Source: Eutreptiella sp. 'Long Island Sound 2002' (Eukaryota; Protista; Euglenida). From it: a DNA stretch of 64,000 bases. This document shows, in pieces, positions 24,701 to 36,700 of this stretch; positions within the stretch are counted from its first letter, which is position 1; each line of letters begins with the position of its first letter. Below the pieces are notes generated by a model, which was not told the origin of the DNA, did no database searches, and saw nothing but the letters and a program-made list of their open reading frames with translations. Made by a program: the position numbers and the translations under genes. The stretch lies in the NCBI GenBank assembly GCA_964036045.1, contig OZ038379.1, positions 49,662,001-49,726,000 of the forward strand, in the 5' to 3' direction.

Positions 24701-27700
24701 AAGCCCCCACAATGGTACTTGACATTTTGTCGCAGTTCCATCCCCTGTACTGCCTTCTGCGTCATATGGCCCTCCCATGCTCTAACTGTGGGGCTGGTTA
24801 CAACTGGGGTATTATGTCCTGCCGCCAACGCCGCAAGGTAGGAGTCCTTGGTCAGCGTAACACTAAGCAGGAGTCCAGTCACCATCGTGCTGGGCTAGCA
24901 ACACACAACTTGTGGAACACCATGCACCGTAGGCAAGTTTGTATATGGTTTGATAATCTGAGGCGTTACAGGTCGGGAGCTGATCCCCATTCACCTGACT
25001 TAACCCTAAACTGTACAGCCGTTGCTGTTTTGCACACTATTGCCCTGCCTGCATACCCGGGTCTGCCGGAGCTGGTCAAAATTGAGGCCAGGGTACCAAA
25101 GGTTGCAGATGACATCTTTCGCTCACATAGAGCATTGTTTGATCGTATTGATGTTGCCAACCAAGGTATTCAGAGAGTTTGGGTTTGTGCTCCTTTAGAT
25201 ATTGCCAGAAAACTGTTCTTTCTCTCAACTGCAAACTCTTTTTCCTGTCTAAGTTCCGCTCCGGCACACACAAAGATCTTTTGCAACTTGTGGTTGATCT
25301 GTGATGTGTGGAACACCGCACCAGGCACTGTGTTCCGCTGCTTGTGGGCATGAAACACACTTTGCACTACTTAAGCTGTGTTAAGGTGCCGCTTATGCTC
25401 CGTGGAATGTACCGCAACTACTGTTGGGTTTTCCACACAGGGGGGGCGCCGGGACCGGACCCTTTACGCCGACCCCCCCCCCCCCCTCCCTGCTACGTTC
25501 CGGTCCGGAAGTGCCGGACCATGGGCGCCGAAGGCGCCCTAAGGAAATTTTGCTCGGCTTAGTAGAGGGTGAAAAAATGGGTTTTCACCCCATGTGTCTA
25601 TGCTGAAAAAACTCAGTTTTTTGAGGAGAACCCAATAGTGGATGAAAACCAAATTGGACCAAATATGAATACCCCCCTGTGCAGAGGTATGTCGGAGATG
25701 GGGCATACCCTAGTGGTATAGCAATGCCCTGCAACTGGATGGTCCTGGGTTCAAACCCCAGTGGGGTCAATCTGCAGAAGTTTAGGCAGGACTAGGGACA
25801 CCATGGGAATTTTTTTTTGCCTTTTTTTTGCTTTGACTCTGTCCCCTTTGTTGGGGATCCCCGAGAAAGCAGGGGTGATGTAGCATTTCCGCCCACTTAT
25901 GGGTCTCCCAGAAGGCAGGGGTTAGGCATCCAATTCGGATTTTGTCCCCCATTTCCTGTGGTCATCCCCGAGAATGCAGGGGTGATGTAGCATTTCCGCC
26001 CAGTTGTGGGCCCCACCAATTGTGATTTTGGGCACCCTAGAAGGCGAGGGTTAGGCAGCCAATTCTGATTTTGTCCCTCTTCCACTCTTGAACAAGCCAT
26101 TAATGCATATTGCCAGGCTTGCTTCTTTGCTCTTGAGCACGCAATGGCATATGTATTAAGAAATCGGCCACAACGAGTCCCTTTGGCAAGGATGACACCC
26201 TATTGTAATACACTTGCATGCTAGTCGGAGGTGGTGCGCTCTTTTGTCAACCATGATCTTTGGGCTTTTGGAGCAAATGGCCTGAATGTCTTGGTTGGCG
26301 AAAGAGGCCACACTCTATGGCTTCGTATGCAAGTGGGGGACCGATCATTTGGGGGCAATTGTGTGAAGTCGTCCCCCGGTTTTTCTTGGTGGTGGTCATA
26401 GAGAAATTAATGACCGGGGACGGGGCGTGGTCCTTGGGCATCCAGGCACGTCTGCTAAAGAAGTGAAGGACAAGGTTGGTCCTATCATGAGCTACGCAAC
26501 TGATGGAGATGCACGGCGGCGAAAGGCGTTGAATGAGATGGTCCAATTTGAATCCAACATCCCTGGTTGCCCACTCCTACAATATCTCCGTACAAAAGAG
26601 GGGGCCACCATCTCCAAAGACCAACGCGACATCACAAAGCGGTGCACGCGCAAGATGTGCAGTAGTGGGTGGTCACCACATCGAAGGACAAGCGGGACGG
26701 TCGTGCGCCAACATTTGTTGTTTTTGTGGATCACGGGATGAGTGCACAATCCGCTTGCCGTTGCAAACGCGCTCTACGCGTAAGCGGATGGTGGTGGCGG
26801 TCAGCTCTTGCCCGTGGCAGCCATCGGCAATATGTTGGAGCCGAATGTCAATGGCAACCAAGGCCAACCCTTGCACCAACCGACCAGTGAATTGCCCCCA
26901 GTGCACAACCACGCTTTGGTTGTACAGCATGGCCGCCCATTTTGCTGCCGTCCATCCCAATGATCCCATTCCACATGGCCTTCGGGAGGAGGAAGCATCC
27001 GTCCGCGGATGGAGCATTGATGCCCTGAAGAGCGGCAAGAAGAAGCAAAAAGTGGCCGGTGATATGCCTACTCCTTCCATCCACCCTTTTACCAACACCT
27101 CTGCCAACCCCTCCTCCTCCTCCTCTTCCTCCTCATCGTCCTTTTCCTCCTTCTCTACAGCTCCCCCGATGCCACCAACAACATCTCATACCATGCCACC
27201 CTCCGAATCAGAGGCCACTACGGAGGGGGATTGTCGGACGCGTCCGTTAAAGTCCACCGGCAAGCGAGCAAGAGACAAGAGGCGGCTAGACGCTCTTCTC
27301 GAGGCCGGAAAGAAAAGAGTGCGTCCGACAAGCGGTGAGTCGAGCGATGATGCGGACTGCTGTGATCGTCCCTTAGACAAGCGCTCTTAGGCCTCCTTTC
27401 TTCACCTCCATCCTCTCCACCATTCTCATCACTCATGTTTTGGGACCCTCAGGAGGAGCACCCCACGAAGAGCACGCGACGCGTTCCTGCACACAATGTG
27501 CCACTGATGTACGTGCGCTCGTTGTGGGCACGTAGTGCGTGGAGAGAGCTTTTTTTTTTTGGGAAAGGCGTAGTGCGCGCGGTGCAAACAGGCCCCTCCC
27601 CTCCCCCCCTTGCTCCTCCAACGGGTTTCGGAAAATACATCAACTCTGCTTTGAAAACAAGCATGGTTCGGCCTGGGTGGGGCGCCACTAGCAATAGTGG

Positions 27701-30700
27701 CCGGATATTGACTCGGGGGTGCTATGCCTTGAAACGAAAGTACCACCTACCATGCCCCCCCCTGTTTCAAAATATTTTCTCCGACATACATGCTTCGAAG
27801 TGATTAGCGCGATGAGGCCGTCATCTTATGCCATATTTGTCAGGGTATGAAGCCCCCTCCCCCCTTCTTGGCAGCCCCCCCCCCCCCCCCCCAGACCCAC
27901 CCCCCCCCCGCCCAGAAAGTGGTCCGAGAGTGGGAGGGACTAGGCGTATGGCCCGTTGCTACGCCCCCCCCCCCGTGTTTTTCCTTTGGTATACGGTGTG
28001 TGGCATCGCTATAAATACTGCGTTGAATTGATCTATAGGGCCATCCTGCCGTTCATTAAGTTTTTGGAGTAGGGTAATAGCCTTCAGGTTGGGTCTATCC
28101 TCCCTCGCAAGGTCAAGGGCATCCATATGGAGAAGACCTTGCTTGGACTCATGCTAGCCACATCGTCCAATAGAGGCAGACTAGATGAGCGTGCAATTGC
28201 CTTGCTGAGTAGCCAGCGGGACTTGACGCCAATTCAGCGCAAGGGTGTGTGTATGTTATTAGCCTTTAAGGCTTTGCTGTACGCATACTGTTCAGCCGAT
28301 CTCAACATTGGGACTTTGGTGCGTGAGTGCAACTGGGAGGGCCGGGGGGCAGGTTCCGGGATTGTTGCTAAGCAGGCACTTGAGATGTCCCTACTGCTCA
28401 TGCTGAACAGCCCGAGGAGCAGTTAGCCACAGAGTATGTGAAAACCACTGTTGTTGCTCTTGTGTTTTGGAGTCAGTGGCATTCCTCCTCCCTAGGGTGT
28501 ATCCGCTGTGAGGAGCTGGCCGAGGCACTTCTCAGTCGGTTCTCAGCTCACTGTCGCCGCAACATTGCCTATACCAGTGTCCAACTATCGTCTCATTTGT
28601 TTCCGACACGTCCCCCTGTCTAACCGGCGGAGAAAGTTTTGCATGGTGTGCTGACTGAGAGATCTGTGGCAATGTTCTCTGCCAATCTGAAACAATTCAT
28701 CTTGACAGCCCATACACAGAGCATGCCCATATGTGTTCCCGTTCTTGACTATAAAGTTGAGGTGAGAAGACTGGATGCAGCTAATGATCTGTCTTTCCCT
28801 GGTACCATGTCTAGGACACGAATCACCACAGACCGGTTGGAAGTGGTCCTGTTGCATGCAATGCAAAATCTGGTTGCGTGTACCAGGGTTCCTGAGGGTG
28901 TTGAGGATTTTTTACAAACAAATGCACCCGCTCGCACTGCTGCCCAGCAAGGGGTATTGCGTACTGCACATGCTTCAATCCGCGCTGCCAACCGTGCACT
29001 GCCTGCTGCTCATGGTGGGATTGCCCTGCCCCCAAAGCCACCCCCCAAGCCCCGAGCCAGACCCCCCCCCCCCCCAGTAACCCCCCAAATCCAACCTCGG
29101 GTAGTGCAGGCCCCCTACCCCTGATGATTCTTCCATTGCCATTGATTCTTGTGATAATGACCGGGAGATTGATTGTGATGCAAACAATTTTGCCTCCTTT
29201 GAAGCCTCAGATGACGCGGAACACATCGGTGTGGATACCCATGACTGGTACTGATTTCTGTGTGCGGCTGTGTTTGTCAATGTGGTATGGGTTCTGCCAC
29301 GCATTGCCAGTGATTTTGGTGTGTCTATTCTCTGTTTTGCATTTTTTTGGACGAAATTTCGGCCGGAGTTGTTGTTTGGCCATATGTGTACCCCCGGAGT
29401 ACAAATGACATATGGTTCTGGCCAACATGTCGGCCAGCTTATTCTTAGGCGGCTCTATACGCACGTAGACTTCGTTGCTAAAAGGCACGATTCATGGCGA
29501 TTTCAACATCCGTTTTTTGCACCCAAAAAAAGCATATCATTTTTTCGGCCAACCCCACGTGGATTTTCATCGTGGGATACAACAACCTCGCCTTTTGTTG
29601 CTCTTAGAGCTGCACATATACACCCCCGCTTCAGGGCTTGGAATCTTAGCATTTGAAATTTTTGGGCACTGCAGTGCCCAAACCTTCCGGTTGTACTTTT
29701 TAGGGGGGTCATTGAAAGTGTGTGTCTAGTTGTCTCTATAGGTGAATCCACATTGCACAAAGTTACTCCACGCTTGCCCCCCTCTTGTCAATCGGGTCGT
29801 AACGTGTTGTTGTTGTTCTCATAGGCGCTTGTACGATGTATTGAAACGGAACTCTCACATTCATGTACCCCGTATGGGCTAAAATTTGACTTTCACTACT
29901 TTTGAGCACTGCAGTGCCCAAATTTTTAGAAAGTTTGCAAATTTACCCGCTTCAATTCATTGTGGTGCATAGGTTCCTCGAAGGGCAAGAAAGGCCAACA
30001 CCTGTGCTTGCGTTGCGTTGGGTGGCATTCATGGTACCAAATATTTTTTGGCTACGGAGAGACAGACAAACCGACAGGCAAGCAGACAAACAGACAGATA
30101 GACACAGAGAGGTATACAGACAGCCCGACAGACACCCTGAGAGACGGACCGACAGGTAGACAGATGGACACATAGACAGACGGACAGACCGACAGGCAAA
30201 CAAACAAACAGACAAACAAACAGACACACAGCCGGACAACGGATGGACAAATGGACGGACGGAGGGATAGACAGAGAGACACATAGATAGACACACGGAA
30301 GACAAATAGACATACGAAACAAGACAGACGAACGGATGGACAGGCGGACGGACGGAGAGATAGACACACTATCTGTCCTCGTGCTACCACAATGCTGCTC
30401 CATCATGCATGTACAGAACCTTGCAAAAAACATTGACAGCGTTCCGCCCAGATGATCATGCAAATGGGCTTTGGGTTCATTTGGGCAGTGCAGTTCCCAA
30501 AATTTAGGAAATCAATATTTTGAGGTCTCTAATGTCTTGTCCAGTGCATGCCTCATAGTCCGATCCCCTATGGCAAGCATTACCGGATCTCGCCACAATT
30601 CATGCTAGGTATGTGCAATGTAATCGTCCACATGATCAAATACCCCCCTCTATTCTTCTTCCCCATTCGACAGTGATGAAGTACACCCTGTATAAGTGTT

Positions 30701-33700
30701 GTGCTAGATCTTCAACACTTTGGCACCAATATTCTAGTAGGGGCATTGTCGGTCGATGCAATTTGGTCGTCTGTGTGTAGTATAATGGTTGACATGATGA
30801 ATGCCACCCCTCTCTAGAGCACGACCGTGCGCGGTGATGAAGCAGACCTCTATACAATTGTTGTGCCAATGGTCCAACACTTTCACACACGTTTTTTACC
30901 AGGGGCATTGAAGGTAGAGACAACCTTGGTTGTCTGTGCGGAGTCTTGCACCATCTACAGCCATTTTAGAAATAACAACCACAAATTGTGATGAAACACT
31001 CGAAAACACGATTGACTCCGTGTTGGAAGACACCCTATAGACGACCGAATCCGCATCCACCTTCAAGGCCCCTAGTAAAAAATGCGTGTGAAAGTGTTGG
31101 ACCAATGGCATAACACTTGTGCAGGAGTGTACCTCAGCACCGCGCAACGGTGGTGCACTGGAGAGTGGGGGTGTTCATCATATCAACCATTACACTACAC
31201 ACGGACAACCAAACTCCATCAACCAACAATGCCCCTACTAGAATAAGTGTGCCAAAGTTTTGAAGATCAAGGCAACACCTATACGGGGTGTATTTCATCA
31301 ACATGGAATGGCGCAGTAGTTTAGAGGGGGCGATTTGATCACGTGGATGATTACATTGCACATATCGTGCACAACTGATGGCAAGACCCGATAATGGTTG
31401 CTACAGGGGGTGAGACTTTGAGGCAGGCACCCGACATAGTACATTAGAGACCTCAAAATGTTGGTTTGTAATATTTTGGGAACTGCAGCTCCCAAATGAA
31501 CTCAAAACCCATTTGCATGATATAATCTGGGCGGAAGGAGGTCAATATTCTGTGTGCAAAGTTGTGCAGATGCATGAGGGAGCAACCGTGTGGTAGTAGG
31601 AGGACAACCATTGTACCTGTCTCTCCGTCTGTCCATGTGTCCGTCCGTCCGTCTGTCTTGTCTTGTTTGACGGTTTGTCTTCTGTGTTTCTCTCTTTGTG
31701 TCTCTCTGTCCCACAGTCCGTCCGTCCAGTCGTCCGTCCGTCTGTCTGTTGTCTGCTTGTATGTCTGTCTATTTGTCTGTCTGTTTGTTTGCCTGTCGGT
31801 CTGTCCGTCCGTGTATGTGTCTATCTGTTCGTCCGTTTGTCGGGGTGTCCATCGGACTGTCTCTCTGTCTATCTGTCTGTTTGTCTGCTTGCGTGTCGGT
31901 TTGTCTGTCTCTCCGTAGCCAAAAAATATTTGGTACCATGAATGCCACCCAACGCAACGCAAGCACAAGCGTTGGCCTTTCTTGCCCTTCGAGGAACCTA
32001 TGCACCACAATGAATTGAAGCGGGTAAATTTGCCAACTTTCTAAAAATTTGGGCACTGCAGTGCTCAAAAGTAGTGAAAGTCAAATTTTAGCCCATACGG
32101 GGTACATGAATGTGAGAGTTCCGTTTCAATACATCGTACAAGCGCCTATGAGAACAACAACAACACATTACGACCCATTTCACAATAGGGTCGCAAGCTT
32201 GTTGTAACCTTCTGCTTTGTTTTGGGCGCGGACTGCACACTGCCATGTGTCTTGTGTCACACAGGTGTGAGACTGGTGCCCTTTTTCATGTTTTGGTAAT
32301 TTTGGGCGCTGCAGTGCCCAAATTCATCCACTCGCCTTTTTTCTACCCCTGTTGCGCCATTTCTTTTGCAGGCATTGTTGCCCTCATTTATTATTGCATT
32401 GGCTGCACTGGCGGCGCCTCCATTGCTTGTTGGCTGCACTGGTGGTGCATTGTTTGTCACGCTTCGCATACAATCACAGTGACTGGGTTAGCAGACGCGG
32501 TAACAAAAAGCAAACCAGATTTTTGCATGTGTTTGCCTGTCGTCCTCCTTGCTTCATTTTTTAGGTTGCATTTTACGGTGTGGTTTGAAATGCAGCAGCG
32601 GATGATTTGGAAGAATTGGATTTTTCTTTGGATGGACACTGCAGTGCCCAAATTTGAAGGGGATACATGACTTTTGACTGGCACATGTTGTACCCCCTAC
32701 ATACACACAGTCATTTTTGATAATTCACAGGTTTTTGGGGGTGTTCCCTGCAAAGCACAATTGTGCAATTTTTCAAAGTGGCTTTTCAGCCCCCGTTTTG
32801 GGGTGGTACCCATTTGGGAACTGTGGCAATTTTGCTACGTGCGTATAGAGCCGCCTAAGTTATTGGACTTGTATTTCCGCACAGTGGTTTAACATGCAGA
32901 GCAGTGCCGGCCGAAATTTCGGCTAGGTTATTGGATTTTCTCGTCGGGAAGTCCATTTTGGTCCTTTTTTGGTTGAACTGTGCTTGTTATTTGCCATTTT
33001 GTAACGGTTCCCTTCACGAAATGTCGTCATGTAGCATCTTATCTTATGACTGAGCCTGCAGTGGTATCACAGGACGTGGCTGTTTTGCCAGATGGTGAGC
33101 CTGCAGCAGAAACTGCGCAATCTCAAGTGCAATCCTAGTCTCAAGAGGACCAGGCGAGCAGAGAGGGACTTCAAAAGAAGCCGAAGGCCGCACCAAAGAA
33201 AAATTCAGCATCCTCAATCCAGTTATCCGACTGGGTTACGTCAACGACGGAAATAAAGGTTTGTTGGGACCAGATTATTATTGACCACGACTGAAAGTTT
33301 GGGCAGGCCCATAGGATATCCGATGATCCCGTGCTGCGCCGCTACGACGATCTGAAGGCAGCCCCGCTTGTGGATTACATCCAGGATCTCCTTTTTTTAT
33401 AAAGTCACTCGTATGTGTGCTGTTGTATTCTTCTCAATAGTGCCGTTTTCGTGTCTGAATTTTCGACCTTGTTGATTCTGATATTACTATTGTGCAGCCA
33501 CTCGCTGGGTTCTGTTCGGGGGTCAGCGTGTTTACACTGCTGCCCAAAAACACAAGACGGAATTTGAGATGAAAAATATGGAGACTCCGAATTGGACCGT
33601 GGTATTTGGTGGTTATGAAGTCAAACAGGATTGCCCCCTGCGGGTTAGGCGCCGCCTTGCAGGCTTACATCAAATTCAGACCACTGCTAGCTCAGCATCC

Positions 33701-36700
33701 ACCACATTACAACAAATGTGCCTACTTCTTGATAGGCTTGAAGATGAAGATGCCAATGAGTACACCCTTGTGCATCACATTACTGTTATGCTTGAAGAGT
33801 GTGGTGTTACTGCCGAGGAAGGCACTGTGGTGTGTTTCGTTGTGTAATTCAGTAATTTCGATCGACCTGGCCGAAATTTCGGCCAGCTTCTCTATTACAC
33901 ACCTGCTCCTTTGTAGACTGCTGTTGCCAAACGGTGGGGTGGTGTTGGGCGGTTGGTGAAATTTGTGGGTGCTGCTGCAGTAGACGCCGTGGCGGCCATG
34001 GAGAAGCGTGGATTACATCCCGCACCCGGCACGTTCAAGGAAGCGGAACGCATCACGCCTGACCGACTTCGAGAAATCGTAGGTGACATGGATGGGACAA
34101 AAAGTACCCTACCTGGTTATAAAAGATATGAAAAAGGCCCAGATGTGGTCCTGGCACATACTTCATCCCGAGGCGGTGGCCAATGGGCTTGTCAACAACA
34201 CCAGAGGTATGTTTTTGTCAAACAGGGGTTTGTATTCGAATAATTCGACCGACCTAGCCAAAATTTGGGCCAGCTTGTGTGTTAATGCACAATGGGATCC
34301 CACTCTGTGACACCACCTGTCTGCAGCTACACTTGGTACTATCGAGATGGCCAAAAGGCAGTGCACTATTGCATCACACCTGAAGGTAGCCTATGGCAGC
34401 TGGACCTGGACTGAAGAAAACCCTTGGCCACCGTGGTCAGCAGTAATTAAGGCACCTCTTTGGAAGGAACTCAAATATGAGGGGTTGCGGGGATTGTTGC
34501 AGAGGCCTGTTGCTAAGCCTATTTGTGAAAAATCCAATACTGGTTTGGTTAGTATCCAGTGTGCTAGGGAGCACCTCGTTGAAACAAGCACAGGCAAACT
34601 CATTGCAGAGTCAGGCCGTGTGGAAGTGATGGCAATGCGTTGTGGAGTCCCTGTTCCCAGTATAAGTAGTTCACTACCCTTTGCTGCTTGCGTCATTGAG
34701 GTGCCCCGCTGCACAGCTAGTTTGCATAACGTGGTTGCGCAGCTGCTCCAGTCCAGTGTGCCTGTGTTCATAGCGGGTGAGTCTGCTGATGTGAAAGCCA
34801 CTATTGCTGCTTTGAAGGCCACTGTGCCTGAGGATATGTATCAGTGTGATGTTTCAATTTACAATTTGTCATCCAAGACCCTGTTGTATACTTCCAGTTC
34901 CCATTTGGTTTCCATTTGCTCTGCTACCGCCTTTGATACGAGGATGCCTCGTTACGTGGCTTATACTGAATGGCCCATGTCCTCTTTGCTGCTTGTTGAG
35001 ACCTTTTCGTACCTTTTGAGCCTGGTTCCGGTCCCAGAACGGGCAGGCAACAAGCAAGCATGATGTCTACCAGGTTTTCCAAGGACCGTAATATTGTGTG
35101 TGCCCTTTTGGGTGAGGAGACTGTTGTGCCTAATGAGTTTGTTCAGTCCATCAGAGCGGCTATCACCAACGCCGACACCTGCCCCCCCAAGTCATGGGAG
35201 GATGTGTACCATGGCTTGGGGGCAGGTTTTCCTGTGGATTGTTCTGGGGTTAGGTATGTAGATGAGGATCTTGAGGAGCAAGACGGGGAGGCAGAGTCAC
35301 AACCAGAGACACACACCCCAAAGAAGAAACCCAAAACTGGCCATGCCCCCTCACCTAGTGGCACACAGTGCGCTCAAGCCACCCCCGCTTCCTCCTCAGG
35401 CACTATGGCCCCTACTGGCAAAGGTATGAATGCTTTTGTGAATCATTTTTCAGCATCCCAGGGTGGAAACCCACAGTCACAGAACTCTGCCACTGCCAAG
35501 CCTGCTGTTGCACCCACTGCCAAGCCTCGTGCTAACACAGGTGCTAAGAAGCCCCGTTGCATCTGGTGTGCGCAAGCGCTAATGCCAGTCCTAATACTTA
35601 TATTGCCCGTTAGTATGAAGTCTGGCCGAAATTTCGGCCAGCATGCAGTCTTCAGTGTTTCTCACCTCTTATTATTGTGTTTCTGCACAGGCACTGCAAA
35701 AGCTTGTATTGATTGGTCAAGTGGCAAGTATTTGCTTGTAATTGAATGTATTACATTGCACACCATGCTGAAATGTCACTGCTCCTGTGTTCCTTGCTCT
35801 TGTCTACTGTCATAGGTACCCATTTCAGTGATCGTATTTCGAGTTTCGATGGACCTGGCCGAAATTTTGGCCAGCTTAGGCTTGTCTGCTGAATATGACC
35901 ATGTGTTTTGACGTTTTTCGAAGAGCTGGCCGAAATTTTGGCCAAGTTGGTTAAAATAGGAAATACAGGTACATGCTTTGGGGATAGTTTTCTGTGTCCT
36001 TCGATGAAACATATGTTTGGGGTTCCCTTACCTCCGGTGTATAGGGGGGTTCCGTGATCACCCTGGAATAAAGGGGCCAGAGGAACAATAGGCAGTAACC
36101 CCCCCCCCCCCCCGGGCAGTGGAATGCAGTGGTCTAAATGTAAAACAACACTATATTTTGGTGATTGAATATCTTTATTTTGAAAATTTGTGTGTTGCCA
36201 GAAATGCAAATAATGGCATATATTTCACACCTTGTTTTTGCATGTTACCACCAGGGGGGTATGGATACCAAAAAAAAACACCCCTTTTCACATACTTTTC
36301 TCCTCACTACGACACGGACTTCCATGGGCCATAGCGCCAGGTGGGAGCGGGCAACTTGTGACACCTAAGTTGCTTTGCGCCCCCATTTTTCGGATTTTTC
36401 TACGGCCCCCTCAGATGCCGTATTTCTCCGAGATGCCTCCTGGTTCTTGACGGGACAACAATCCGGAGGAGCTGTGGCCGTCCTCGATGTGGCCACAGGT
36501 CATTACACCTTGCATCGCGTCCCCATCCCCATCTATTGTGACAATTTGTATCAAGGTGGGTTGTATGTAGCCTGGGTGGTCCTACGATCTCAAGCACATG
36601 TCCGGTGGTATCGCGATGATGATAGGTGGTCCCTCACTGATTCCAAATCTTATATTAATGCGCTTGAGTCTCGAAACGACAGCACCTCCCCCTTGGTCAC

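Noticed and set aside
26179-26198. U6 snRNA-like string CCCTTTGGCAAGGATGACAC
   Set aside because: Only about 12 nt match exactly, with no ACAGAGA box, 5' stem or U-tail. Probably chance.
29902-32068. Ser/Val/Cys/Leu- or Arg/Gln/Thr/Asp-rich ORFs
   Set aside because: They are translations of (GACA/GGAC)n arrays in the foldback arms.
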